DNA of 64,000 nucleotides, from contig CDRNST010000188.1 in assembly GCA_977016875.1 (NCBI GenBank), positions 620,001 through 684,000 on the forward strand, written 5' to 3'. Positions 49,301-63,080 of the stretch are shown one piece after another (position 1 is the first letter of the stretch; each line of letters begins with the position of its first letter). The notes beneath the pieces were generated by a model that ran no database searches, was not told the origin of the DNA, and saw only the letters and a program-made list of their open reading frames with translations. This DNA comes from Pavona decussata (Eukaryota). A program made the translations under genes and the position numbers.

Positions 49301-52300
49301 TATGAGGTGTGAGGGGAGAGGTGAGTGGGTAGTTGTAAGCTTTTTAAGCCGATTTCGTGATAGTCCTAGTTTTGTACCTTCAATCAACAGATTGGTCAGA
49401 CAGTCCGTAAACCGATCGAGTATTCATCCACGACATATCGGCGGAGCCTTTTTGAAGCCGCTTCTAGAACTAGCTAAAATCCTGCCGGATTATGTGGGTT
49501 AAACAGCTAGTCCAAAATGTATAGTTTCCCGATGAAAACAAGAGGCTTCCAGGAAATACTCACACTACTACAAGATGTTTGAGACGTTTGAAGTAAGTCA
49601 AGCGAAGTTTGAGTGAGTGCTATTGAAATACGACCACCTTTGCCTTATACAGGTTTATTGATCTAGAACTGTGCAAGTTATAAAATAATACAAAATGTTC
49701 TTTTTAGGTTTACATCGTTAACGTCTTGAACATCACCAGAAAAGCATTTTAAACTTTACATGGGATACACTTGTTACTTCTCGAATCCCAAGACCTGTTA
49801 CGAGAGATTTCGCGTTTCACTTTAATCCCGGGCTTTAATACGTTTGGCAAGCGCGTTTCAATAGCTTGGCATTGAAATTGAATATTTAATCAGGTAGTGA
49901 ATAACAATAGCTGGTATGTCTTGAAACGAATATTTAATCAACTTGAACGTAACCGCGAGAAGTGAACTTTTCTGCCGCATTAACAAATGTAGACTAGTGA
50001 TTTACCGTTCGTTATGTTAGTGGTGTTTTCGCTTTGCTGCTTGAAATTTAGCTGTTTAGCTTTTGTAGTTTTCGGTTTTGGTCGTTCGCTTTCATTACAA
50101 ACCAGCATAGAGTTTTCAAACACAGAGCTCTTATTTTTTCAAGTTCGACATTTGGCTTGTACACGTGTAAGAGCACATGTACTTTGCTCGATCACGCGAG
50201 TCCCTAAAGCCCTCTGTCCTGTAATCTTACGACTCAGCAATTCTCTGAATTCTTTTGATGAACGTTCTTTTCCGCGAACAAAGTTCAATATTTTTTGTTA
50301 AGGATGTAGTCCGGAAAAGTACTCTCCTAAATAAGGAACCCTTAACAATTAAACGCACGTGAAAGTAATACAGTCGAACCTGAATATAACGGCCACCCTC
50401 GGGACTTGAGGAAGTGGCCGCTTAATACAGAATCACTAAAAATACTCACTGGGCGTGGTTTTCAATGGCGTATCACACAAAATCATTTCATGCAAGGATA
50501 CAGTAGGACAATCAACACTCTTCCAAGCGATTAATACTTTAAACAAAGTTCAGTGCCAACTTGTAACTTAACGGTATAATATACGTAACATTGTGTAAAA
50601 GTATTGTGCAATAAATTTTCCTCTACTCTTCTACGGTATACAGTGCCCTATTTCTGACTTACAGTTCACAATAAAATATCTCATTCCGTCATTTCATAGT
50701 TGTTACGTTCGAAGTGGAGTTATGAAGAACTTTATAGTTCATAGAACAACTGGCTCGAATGAATATAAACTTTTTATAAATACAACCTTCATCGACGCCA
50801 TCTTCAAAATAATGCAGGGGTAATTAATAATCCCGAGGAGTATTCTTTGACAAAATAGTAAACCGAAGAGTATTAAAAAAAAAGAGACTTTTGAGCCCTC
50901 CTTCAAGTGAAGAGAGGCTTAGAAATCGTCTACTATGTCCGATTAACTTACACTCCAACAAGACAGCGCGATCAAGAAACTTTCGACTGGAGTCGTTTTA
51001 TACAGCCAAAACACTCCGCATAACATGATAACCAAAGTTTGATCTTGGATCGACGTTGTCTTCTATTTGTTATGGTCCATTGAAAATCGGCCTTGTACTT
51101 AGAATTCTACTGCGCGGACTATTTCTCTAGAACGTTTCTTATTCACGAGTTGGCTCATGGGGTCTTTTGATTTTGAGTTGTCTAGATATTTCTTCATCGA
51201 TTTTTGTCGAAATTGTCTCTCAGGAGCAAATTTCTAGAGTTGGTATTTGGTTCTCTCTCCATGCGATTAATATTTATTCAACTAGTGACGTACAAGAACT
51301 GAACTTTTCAGACATCAAACGAACTGTGTGGTTGTACCTGTTTTAAATACCATACTGAGTGTTACAGGACGGGTTGCTGTTAATTTCAAACAAGATATTG
51401 CAATTAATATTTCAATCATGCACTGAAGTGGTTGAAAACGTAATCTATGACACCCAATTCGGATTACTTAAGTTCGGAAGCTCTACCTGACAGAGCTAAA
51501 CTGAGGAGCTTGGCCAAGCTCCCACGAGTGTCCTGTAGCTCAGTGGAAGAGCATCGGAAGGTCTTCGGTTCGACTCCTGTTGGGAGAACTTTTTTTTCCG
51601 AGTATGCCTTTGTCACTAACTGAAAAATTAATCAAGCCAATCAAGCACTTCATTTTGTACAAAAACAGAAATATACGCAGTTGATATTTAGGAATACTGC
51701 TAGGGTACAAATAACTATTTTTACTACAGAATAATAGCTTATCTACAGTGTTAAGAAAATCATCATATCTTGCAGTTACCTGCAATCGTAACGAAACTTG
51801 TTAAGAAAACTGCGAATTTTGCGCATATATTTCAATCTACTTTGTCCACGTTTTGTCCACGATTGTAGCAGCAGTCAAAATGCCTTGCGGTGATCGGGTG
51901 GCCATGGGTTAAGAGCTATAAAAAGTTCTTAACGGCAACGCAACGAAGGGGACTGCGAGAGACGACTGGGAACGAGTCTGTATATATCGTCGTATAATTT
52001 GTGTAGTGTTCTTATACCGTACCTTGGAAAAAAACATATTTCCTATAGTCTGAAAAAGGTTCTCTGTAAGATATTGTAATCTGTTTCTGTTTGAGGAAGA
52101 ATCTTCAAATCCACACAAGGCTTCTCTTCACTTATCGGCTGAGGAGATGGCTGTAGGGAATGGTCGGAGTAGAAGTACTTCCAGTTACGAGGGTAGTCTC
52201 AATTATTACGGGCGTTAATAAACCATGACTGGAAGATTGCTAATAAATGTTGCTTAGGAGTAACACCTTGCAATGCGACAATAAACTAGATAGATACTTT

Positions 52301-55300
52301 ATTAGGCAAAGAATTCGTGAAAGTTATCATCTTTACAACAAAGCTGTGCGTCTTAAGTCAATCTATGGAAATTAAAAATATCACAAATAAAAAAATTGAA
52401 ATTGTAACACCTATAACAAACAGGTCGAGAGTAAATCTATAAAACTTGAACTACTAAAAGATTCGTACAATACAGAATTAACTCTAATATAATAAGCATT
52501 TCGCCACGTAGTATTTTTGAGCTCCCTCTAAATTATATGTGGAATTGCACGATTAAATATGCCACGAAGTTTATTTGTTATGGTCGTTCGCTGATAATTA
52601 GCAATTATTTCACGATGACGCATTGGATATGAGATGATAGATAGCCAACTAGGCGCGTAGCACGGAGCAGAACTGATAATAAGTGGACAATTATGGCTTA
52701 GGTATGTTTGAGTTTGTCGCACAAGCGCGAGTGGAATAATTGTTGTATTAAAAACAACTGAGAAATGTTGCTCGATCTTGCTAGTTTCGCTTTGCAAGAA
52801 CAACCAGAAAACAATGTAATGGTCGCTATTTCTCGGGCATGATATAATTGCTGATATCCCACGGCCGCTAAGCCAATCAAAACTCTGGAATTGCATTGTC
52901 CATTGATCACGTTTTTAATAAAATGTACTGGTATTTTGGAAACCAGTGGATAGTGCCTTTCGTGCGCTCTGATTGGTTCCTCAGACTCAGGATAGTATTT
53001 CCTATTCACATGCTTTATTTGTTTATTTATTTATACACGAACAATTATCATTGTACAATATGAACCTTTATAAAAAATTATAGGGAATAGTAACTGGTTT
53101 ACATGATTGCCGTGTGGGAATCCAAAGAACAGCAGTGCAATTTGCCTTCTTTTTGCAATTGAGTCCCACTGTCTCAGAGTTTGAACGGCACGACTATTGG
53201 AAAAACGACGTTTCATGTACTCCTTTCTAGGCTTAGGTAAGTTTCAGTTTGTTCTTCGAATTTCTCAAAGCATAATTAGTGTCGTATTCAGAAAACATGT
53301 TGCGAAGTTACACTTGCGGGTGATTATGTAGAGACTCAACATCATAATGGTTTGTGCTTTTTTCAATGATAAACTAACTTATCCTACTGAAGAGTGTTAA
53401 GAGGAAGAGAAGAACAATCTTGATAACTTGGTTTTGTTTTAACTCTAGCAGTCCGATGTTGAAGTCTTTTAAGCTTTTCGCCTAAAGGATAACTTAAACC
53501 ATCACAAAAAGTGTAGCGATAATCCAAATGTGGTTGGATGAGGGCATGATAGATTTTTATAGTAGCTGTGTCTAGGGATATGAATGGCTGCTGTCTTTAA
53601 AGGGCACCTATGCCAGAGGATACTGAGAAATTTCACAAACGTGTTTTTTCCAGGTCAGCTTTTCGTCAATAAAAACGCCTAATGACCTAGTACGCTTCTT
53701 AACTTAGTTGATAATTTCCCTCTTAATTTGGATATCCATGGTCAGTTGTAACGTTAACCTTTGGTGGGAAGCTATCAACATAAATTCTGTTTGAGCGGCA
53801 GTATTCAGCCAATGAGTTTTAAAAGTTTCGTAATCCACAGTTTATCTCTTCTTAAGGGAAATTATCAAGATCAGAGACAGCAAGGGTAGTATTGGTATCA
53901 TCAGCTTACATCCTAGGCACAGCCCTTCTAAAGCAGTCTGAGAAAAAGTAAGGGGCCTAGGATGGATCCCTGGTGAACTCTACAAATGATTGGTTTTGCC
54001 TGAGAAAGACCATTGACCTTACACTTTTGGGTGCAATTAGTAAATCTGACGACTTGAAACACTTCTAGGAGTTGCGATTCATCGCGCAATATAATGTTAT
54101 GAGTGTAAACGGCCTTTTTTGGGTGGTCTAAGAAAATGACACTATTGAGGAGACGATTATCAATATTCCAGATATCCTGGTATGCCCTAGATTTCGCACG
54201 TGAGGTTTTCGGCAGTTTGTCACAATGAAAGTTATAGCCTCTTTCGCAGACGCTCTTTCGGTTCGTCACGCAATCTTTCGTCTGCATCAGAGGGTATGTA
54301 TGCACTGTCGCGCAGTAAGAAAAGAAATCAAAAACTATCCAGTGGAAAAAGTTGAGAAGTTGTGATATTATAGAGGATGACTAAAGGAGACAATTATCCA
54401 AATTTCAGGCCTGTACGTCTCCCCAAACGTCAGATATCCGTCGAAATGTTTTGCAGAAATTTACAGAGCCCAGTATGGATCCGCCATCTTGGTGTACCTC
54501 CGTGGAACACCAATATGGCGGCCGAAAAATAGTGTTAACATCTGGAACTCACTTTGGCTATTGAGCGACTGATTAGCATTACTGAACACCAAACCACTTA
54601 CATAAGCACTTTCTCTAGTGTTCTAACTTCTAAAAGGCTGAAAATAATGAGATAAGCATATATTTTGCAACAAAGTCGATCGAAGCTCTTTGTCACGCAA
54701 CTCCATAACCGTGAAATTCAAACTACTCTGATTTCCAAACGAAGGACGTTATGGAGCTGTAAAATTTTAAACAGTCATAAATATACGGCGTCTTATGCCT
54801 AATGAGGATAAAACTTTCGAGGCTCTTTAGTTTTGGGTTTTAGGAAATTATGACGTCACATGAATTCGCTCTATACGACTGCTAATAAAGTTACTAGCAC
54901 GTTCTGGCTCACTGGTTTGGCCGATAACTAAAAGAATTATTTCACTTTGTGTGCGTAAATAGTGGTCACCTCGTCGCGAATACCAACGGCGATCCTCTAC
55001 TTTAGTAAGTAATTCATGATTAGTTTACACCAAGGGGTAAACGCTCCCTTAGCTAGTATTATTTATTAATCAGCATTAAAAGCCCCACTGCAGAAAAAAC
55101 CTTGCAAAAAAAATATTTGGGGATATAATACGTCAAGAGGAAGCCTTAACCAGGCGGTGATAAGTTTGATCTTCCTGTGGCGGTGAAGAGTTTATAATCC
55201 ACTTCTACACTTCTACACTTCTACAAAGGAGGCAATTTGATCAAGTTGTTTAATTTGAAGAAACGAACGTGGGAGGGGGGGGGGGGGCACTTTTGGCTCT

Positions 55301-55467
55301 AACCTGAGAAAAATACAACAACGCGACTTACGTAATGATTATATCAATAGCACGCATCATATTATTTGAAGAAGAATCACGAGAATTGTGGTACCGTGGA
55401 GAACAGTTTCCTGCGTGAAAAACAGTTTGTTCAATATGTTTCGACGATCTTGTAAACTCTGGGTTTC

Positions 55468-56469
55468 TTATTGGATCGCACAGTAAGCCCTAGAAATCGC
55501 TGTCATCCAGAATCGTAGATCGTCCTCGGTGTCTTGAAACACTCTCGTTATCTCTGCAGCACTGGGTCGATTGTCTTTGGTGTACTGTAAGGCATTGAGA
55601 GTTACGTCTTGCATAGCGTTGGATCCTCGTGCGTCGCGTGAAAATACAATGTCGATGTCTGCATCAAATTTTGCCATTGCATACCCCAGACCAATTTTGC
55701 CGGCACGAGGAACACGAACGAACGCACCGTAACATCTTTTTCCATTAATCGTGATGAAATCTCGTTCCAGGATCGCGAAAAAGAGAACACCCAAGGAAAA
55801 CACGTCTGCTTTCTCTGTGTAATGCTGGTGATAGAACTCCGGAGCCATCCAGTGTATTGGGCCAGTGCCTGAGGTCATATAATGCTGAACATAGCTGGTC
55901 GTCCACAAGCCGCCTCGTCGAGTGTTGTTTCGTTTTAGTGCAATGTACTCTCGAGCCAAACCAAAGTCGGCCAGCTTTACATCCTCCTCGGCGGTCAAGA
56001 GCACGTTATCTGGCTTTAAATCGCGGTGAACCACTCCACATGAGTGAAGGTAAGCAAGGGCAGCCGCTGTTTGACGCATCCATTTGAAATTCATTAAGTC
56101 ATTACTTGGTCGAGAAAGGCGCTCGTTCAAGTTTCCCCCTGCACAGTATTCGGTCAAAATCAACATGTGAAGGCCTTGATCATCACGGAACTGGTCTGCT
56201 TCTATCACAGAGATCACGTTGTCGTGACAGATTTGGTTCAGCGTTTCAACCTCGCGAATAGCATTATGAATTTCTGAAGCATTTAAACAAAGAACATCTT
56301 TTAACGCATAGACACTGGACGTTTCCTCGTCTCTAACTTTGTAAACGACACCAAAAGCCCCGTTTCCAAGCCTCTGCTGCAGAATCAGTGCGTTGTCTCC
56401 AACGTAAACCCTCTGCGGTTGACGTACAAAGGCTCTTTGCATCATGCCACTGCTCTGAACTCTCTGCAT
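55468..56469 (-). CDS. K8: recent duplicate of K2, CaaX CAIQ
   Basis: 333-aa intact ORF differing from K2 at only a few residues. Confidence 0.92.
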   Translation of the reverse strand: MQRVQSSGMMQRAFVRQPQRVYVGDNALILQQRLGNGAFGVVYKVRDEETSSVYALKDVLCLNASEIHNAIREVETLNQICHDNVISVIEADQFRDDQGLHMLILTEYCAGGNLNERLSRPSNDLMNFKWMRQTAAALAYLHSCGVVHRDLKPDNVLLTAEEDVKLADFGLAREYIALKRNNTRRGGLWTTSYVQHYMTSGTGPIHWMAPEFYHQHYTEKADVFSLGVLFFAILERDFITINGKRCYGAFVRVPRAGKIGLGYAMAKFDADIDIVFSRDARGSNAMQDVTLNALQYTKDNRPSAAEITRVFQDTEDDLRFWMTAISRAYCAIQ

Positions 56470-57252
56470 GACAATATTGATTCACAAGTGAAAACAAGAT
56501 CGACAATCAGTCACTCGATCCGATCAATGCGGAAAAATGATTTCTAAGAAAACGTCTTCCTTTCTTAGAAAACAGTACGCTGTGGGGGAGGTGGTGGGGG
56601 AAAGGGGGCGGGGGTGTAAGGAGAGAGATGGGGGCCCAAGCGGAAACGTGGTGGGTGGTTAGATCCACACTTCAAACCACACGATCCTGTCTGTTGCTGC
56701 TATAAAATGTCGTATTCTCTTCTGCATTTTCTTAAGTGTACATGTCGGCATTTGAGAATTTTGGCTCTACAAGCTACGCAGTTCCTAAGCAAGGCGCTCT
56801 GAAATTATTTCTTAAAGGTCAAGCCAGGATTTTGAAAGTTAGTTAGCTAAGAATTTTGTGCAGTTTGAAGTAATCTGTCTCCTGTAGTCAATCGAATGAC
56901 GCTTGTAAGAGCATTAAAATTTGAATTGGTCAGTGAATCACACCCACCTCTGTGACTTTTATTACCAAGACGAAACCCTTGTTACGAGAGTTCCTCGACT
57001 ATTCTCACTTATTTTTGGTGTCCTAGGCCTTGACTTGATCCTCCTTACGGTCTGTGGTGCATAAGACTGACACCAGAGCTCTCCTCGTCCTGTGCGTGTT
57101 TGGTCATTTCGTTTCTGTGGCCATTGAATGTGGTATACTGCGATGAGGTCGCTGGCCCCACGCGCAGTTTGGCAGAGCTCTGTTAGCCGTCATGACCCAT
57201 TACCGCCTCGTGCGACGTACGAGGACGTACGATTGGACTTCGGGTGACAATA

Positions 57253-57608
57253 ACCCCCAACAGGGCCACCAACACTGAGCGTGCACCTGATCCTAAGAAC
57301 GCCCGAGCAATTCCAACAACTCCCTTAGCTTTAACATGTCCTTGTGCACTGTGACAACAGCTGAGTACTACAAGTTTAGCTCGCAGTTGAACTTGTGAAA
57401 TGTCATCCATTGTCAATAGGTAGTCTTTCTCGCATGGAGTCGCGTTTGTGGGGCGTTCAGGGGCAAGAGCAATTTCTCCTCTTTCGGCATGACCATGAGC
57501 AGCAAAATGAATCAGACTTACAGAGGGTATCCTCTGAAGAACTGCTTGTTTAGTTGCTCGTTCCTCTAACAAAGGCTCAGCTTCGAGTAGTTCTGCTATC
57601 ATCTCTGC
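57253..57608 (-). pseudogene. Captured CHAT (caspase-like, TTC28-type) domain fragment
   Basis: [29 protein letters not shown]...[27 protein letters not shown]....[21 protein letters not shown]; absent in duplication copy 1. Confidence 0.88.
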
Positions 57609-59762
57609 TTTCCGAGTTGCTGTGAACCTCATTATGAAAGCCAGGCTTAGTCCAAAAATTTTTTCATATGAAAATTAGTTTTGTTTGCATATGAATGAAA
57701 GCTAATTTTCGTAAGACAAACTTTGCACTTAGCCTCACTTTCGTAATGAGGTTCAAAGCAACTCGGAAATGGCCTATTGAACGTCTGGATAATGGAAGAT
57801 ATGTGCAATTTAAATTGAATCGGAACAAACAGAATCCGAGCAAACAGAGGGTGTTAGCGTTCACAAATTTGCATATAGGAAACAATATTTTAACTTTTTT
57901 GCTTTAGTGTTCTCGTTGGGTGACCCCAAAAATCGGTTGAGACTTGAACTGATTTCAGTAGTGACTTTCGCACAAAAATGCAAGTAAGCTGTGGAAATCA
58001 CTTTAATCCAGAATTGTATTAAGAAACTATGTGTACGGGCCCATTTTTACAACGAATGGAAACAAACAACGTTTTTTCCAATGAATACTTCTTTTACTTT
58101 TGAAACTGATTGCCGTTGATTCTCGCCTACTTTAGCATCTAATTTAGTTCGTTCAAAGTCTCCTAGGAGGTCTAATTTCCCGCCCTGAACGCGTGATTTG
58201 CACGCGGGCTTGTACACTATACATACAATTTATTTGTACCAAGACCATGTACTGATGCTGGAAAAAACAGCTTCCTTAATAGAGGGGCGGTTCTCTGGAA
58301 TAGTCTGCCTGGTAAGGTCAAAGTTAAGACGAGTTGAAATCATTTTTATTACATTTGTAATTTTTTCGAATATATTCAAGACCTTAGCCTCCTATTATAC
58401 ATTATAGTTCTAATTATCTCCTGTTGTATGCTTTATTATTTGTTTTCCGCATTGTACTATTTTTTAATGTTCTTTTTCTTTTATTCAAGTACCTCATGCG
58501 TAGCGTTCGCTGAGTCAGTGTTGTTGAAAATACGACCAGGTTTTGCCCGCTAATTGACAAGTTGACGTTAGTTTCTTTTCCCTCTGTCTCCTTATTGGTG
58601 TTAATTTTCGTCACATCATTGTCAAAAGCTTGTGGATCCACAACAAATTTAAATAATGTTCTGACGAAATTTATCATCTAATAGAGGACCCATGCATAAA
58701 AAACTTGAGGCAATTTGTTATTCTTATTTTTACATTATCAAATCGCAAACGAAGGAACTTCAATCGCCGGTTCATCGAGAAGAATGCAACATAAAAAGAG
58801 AGTTAGCGCGAGAAATAGTAGACAATTTCAGGCTCAGAAACTAAACTTCGAAAACAAGAACTCAACAATACACTGAAGAATGAAACTGTCGAAACTAACC
58901 CGTATTCCAGCTGAGATAATTTTCCCAGAAAAGTCCTCTTTAATTTCAGTCTCGACAGTATTAAATTCGCATTCACTGCCAATTGCAAGTCAGACCTGAA
59001 CAAAGATCTTCAACTTTCCCCCCTAGAGCCTCGCTTTACTAATTTCTTGTCTTGCCTCATTCAAGAAGTCTAGGTTTGAGTCTGAGTGCTCACCAATAGA
59101 TGAACGCAAAACTAAAAAGTTTTACATTTTCGCTTATAGCGTCATTTCCGACTTTTCATCCGTCTGTACTCTACTTGATGATAAAAATTAGCCAATGAGC
59201 GTACGAGAAATTTCACAGTTATTGTAAAATACTTTATATTATTGTTCTAGAACTAGCAAGCTATAAAATAATCGAAAATTTTTTATGGTTTTAGTTTTAC
59301 AATATTCTTTGGAATATTAGGGAAAACGTCTCATACATAGCCAGAAAAGTATTGGAAAGTCTTAGACTACTTTCAAAAGAGGTTACTCTCCAACATACCC
59401 GGTTAACTCTGCATGGGATTTTCACTCCTCATATCCGAAGAGTAATCCCTCCTGTGGAAGAGCAGGTGACTTTGTTATTTAACCACTGTAGAAAATTTAT
59501 CAATTTGTTTGAGCGAAACTTTATAAGGAAACGACTTTGGGGAAGGGGCGGCCTCACGTGGGTTAAATAACTTCTTCTGGATTTGCCTAAGCATGGCTTA
59601 AAACTCCTGCTGCTAAAAATACTAAACGCGAAATCCAGCTTAACGCCTTGCGAAAACTGTTGTGCCTTCACTATAAACGGTATAAATTAATCTGCACCGA
59701 ACCCAACGAAGCTATGTGTAATTTTTAAAAATCTATCGAAGTTCTTCAAGAAAGTCTCCACG

Positions 59763-59897
59763 TTACATTATCGTATAAAAGGCTCAGAGAACTTCTTTCG
59801 ACCAGGACTCAAGTTCCGCTTCTAACAACTGTTCGTGAACCTCGGTGGGGCTTGTTCTATCATCCCTTTCGTACTGCAAGACACAGAGAGTGATTCC
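59763..59897 (-). pseudogene. Kinase C-terminal remnant (paralog of 20865-21000)
   Basis: Direct duplicate; terminal CTIM mutated to YTIM. Confidence 0.7.
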
Positions 59898-60634
59898 AAA
59901 AATTTGGAGTTGTCTTTAGTCTTGAAGATGCTTTAATTTGATTTAAAACAGGGTAATTCCTTCAGTAATTATAAGAACAAAGTTACTGGTATCAACGGAA
60001 GCCTTCACGCCTAATTACAATGTTAACATTTTTTTAGAAATACTAAAGAGATCACACATCAGAATGATAGAAATGTAAAACTATTAAAAATCTACAAAAC
60101 TACATTGAAACTGATCAAAAACCATGCCGCCATGATAGAAAAATGCCTTTCTTGTTTACTCTAATTTAACTCTCGGTAGTCGAATGTGGTTGCTCTGTCT
60201 AGAGGTCCTTTCGATGCAATCCTTATTAAGATTAAAATAATTAATAAAAACTGCAGACAAATGCTTTTCAGTACTTTCTTAACTAAGGCAAGAACATGCT
60301 TCTCTCGTGCCTCCCTGGCACTCAGCCAGGTGTCACAAATTGTATGCGTAGCTAGTCGTGGATGCTCGATTTTAATCCGTTTAAAAGACATTCCTGAAAT
60401 CTCCGGCATTAAAAGAGCTCCTCTTGGTCTCGAATATTGAGAGCTTTCTTTAATTTGCTTTAGTTAGCTAACACTAATGGATTGCGTGATAAGAACAAGT
60501 CATAAAGAATTTGTGTTAAGCGTAGTAGAAGCACGCCACAGACAACACAGGCTTTACAACATGCAGGTTAAACAAATCAATGTACAAAAGTCTAGCCAAT
60601 GTCACAAGTTCGGTTCCAAGACCAATTTCCATAG

Positions 60635-61258
60635 TTATGAGATCGGACACAACACTTTGGAAGCTTCATTCTTCGCAGCAGCTGCCCAGAATTGCATTTC
60701 TCCCGCCATGGTTTCAAATTCCTTGTGAATCGTGGCAGCACTTGGTCGCTGACGCGGGTCGTACTTCAAAGGATCAAGAGCTATTCTTTGCATTTGTTTT
60801 GATCCTTGCGCGTGCTCTGAAAATGAAACTTGACGTATGTCGCTAGACATTGCCATGGCAAGTCCAATGCCAATTTTTTTTTCACCGAATGGATATGAAA
60901 AGACACCATAAAACTTTTTTCCGTCAATAGCGAGAAAGTCCCGCTCTAGAATCGCGGAAAACATGACACCAAGCGAAAATATGTCGGCCTTTTCCGTGTA
61001 ATGGCCCGCGAACACTTCTGGAGCCATCCAGTGTATCGTGCCAGCCCAAGTTCCCATGTACTTTGTAGAGCGGTAGCATCGTCGAGTGTCTGCTATGAAC
61101 GCGTCATACTTTCGAGCTAATCCAAAGTCGGCCAATTTAACGTCCTCGCTTTCTGTTAAGAGCACATTTTCAGGCTTCAAATCACGATGGACGACTCCGT
61201 GTTCATGCAGGAAGGTAAGAGCTGATGCACACTGTTTCATCCATTTGAAATTCACAAA
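60635..61258 (-). pseudogene. K3-C (K9): open C-terminal half of a kinase, N-lobe deleted, CaaX CPIS
   Basis: [31 protein letters not shown]...DFG...WMAPE...VLCPIS*; fused upstream to a MITE. Confidence 0.85.
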
Positions 61259-61819
61259 CGTCTCAAGTCTCAAGTCTCACGATTTTGCCGTGACACTCAC
61301 GGTTTTCAGTTCAGTCTCACGACGAGACACAAAAATTTCACGATAAACAGAGTCACAAGCTGAAAGGATACAATTTCCTTCTATAATTTCATTTTTGGCT
61401 TGCTTAGGTGACTTTCTTGTGCCAATTCTGTGCAAATCATTCTATAGTTAGTAAACAGTCCTAAGTAGCTGGACACACAGTCCATGAGCTGTTCCAAATT
61501 AGGTTTTCATTACCAGTCTCTCGCATTTTGGTCACGTTTTCAAAATGGCGGAAATTGCTGTGTTTACCTGGTTTTCTCTGCCGGTTGATCAATTTCCAGA
61601 TTTTTTTTACCTCAGTCTCCAGATTTTCGGTGTTTTGAGGTCGAGAGGTCTGCCGTTTAACAGACAAACATGTTTGCCTGGTTCGCTTCCATGTGAACCG
61701 GAACAGTTCGTTAGAAAATGATCACGTGCTCTAAACGTGGAGGAGCTGAAGGGGAAAAATAGGTTGGTGTGAGGGAGCGGAGGGGGAGGAGTTTGAAGGC
61801 TTCAGTGAGTCTCTTAATT

Positions 61820-62200
61820 ACACGAATTCTCTATCGTTTATCTTGCAGTTTCGCAGGTATGAACGGTCGGTTGAAAATGCATTCCGCTTGTTTGATTTGT
61901 TACTAGTGCAATACTCAAAAACAGCATGTGGACGCCTTCATAACTTTGAAACTGATCTGTTCCTATCGCCACAATCACATTCTCGTGATTTATTTAATTC
62001 AACGCTTCGACTTCACGAAAAGTTACGAATTTCCGCTGTATTAACGCACATGACATCTTTCAACGCGTAGTTGGCGAACGTCCTCAGGTCTTTGTAAACA
62101 ACACCGAAAGTTTCTGCCGAACTGTGCGCACATCATCTCCATCTTTAAACTCTGTTCGCTCACTCGTGAAGACTTGGCTTATTTTTTACACTGCTTATCA
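61820..62200 (-). pseudogene. Decayed kinase N-lobe fragment (paralog of 22500-22860)
   Basis: Direct duplicate; GAS TTCTGAGAA upstream at 62263-62271. Confidence 0.72.
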
Positions 62201-63080
62201 GACAGTACTGATTGACTATTCCTGTATCAGGGAATTTAATATCACCAACCCGGGAGGCCGGTTTCTGAGAAAAGGCTCTCGGTTTTTCTGATTAAACTGG
62301 CGGGGTAGGGGTGGAGGGACTATGATGTCTAAGGGGACAGGCGAGTGGGTAATTGTAAACATTTAAAGGGGGCGTCGTGACTGCTCAGACAGTCGCTCAA
62401 TCGACTATTCTCCCTCAAGAATATCAATACAGCTTTTTGGAGCCGCTCTTAGAGCTAACTAAAATCTTGTCGGATTGTGTGGGTTGATCAGCATGTCAAA
62501 ATGCATGGGTTCCTGATGAAAATAGAAGGTTTCCAGGAATTCCACAATTTTTCAAGTCTCCCATTGCTATAAGAAATTTAATTATCTTGGAGACGGTTGA
62601 ATTAGGTCAAGCTCAGGTTGAGTCAGTGTTGTTGGAAATACGACCAGCTATTGTCTTGTAAAACTTTCTTGATCTAGAAATATGCGGGTTATAAAATAAT
62701 AAAAAACGTTCTTTTTAGTTTAACATCGTTCTTTGGAATATACAGTTTATAGATAACGTCTTGTACAATGCCAGAAAAGTATAGAACAGTCTTAGTTACT
62801 CTAACCTTCAGTGAAAAGAGGTTACCCTCCAGCATACCCGGCTAGCTCTACATTGGATGTTCACTTCTCATGGGGAAGGGGCTGCCTGATATGGGTTTAA
62901 TTTTTGCTTTTGGATTTGCCTCAACGTGGCTCAAAGCTCCTACTTCAAAAATATTTAACGGGAAATGCAACTGAACGCCTTGCAAGAACTGTAGTGCCTT
63001 ATCTAATTAATTTGCACCGAACCCAACGAAGCTATGTGTAATTTAAACCTATCGACCCTCGTCACGAAAACTTCTTAGTG

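Noticed and set aside
57183-57632. Functional 149-aa CHAT protease gene
   Set aside because: Start codon comes from a MITE, the domain is truncated at both ends and the C-terminus runs into unrelated sequence
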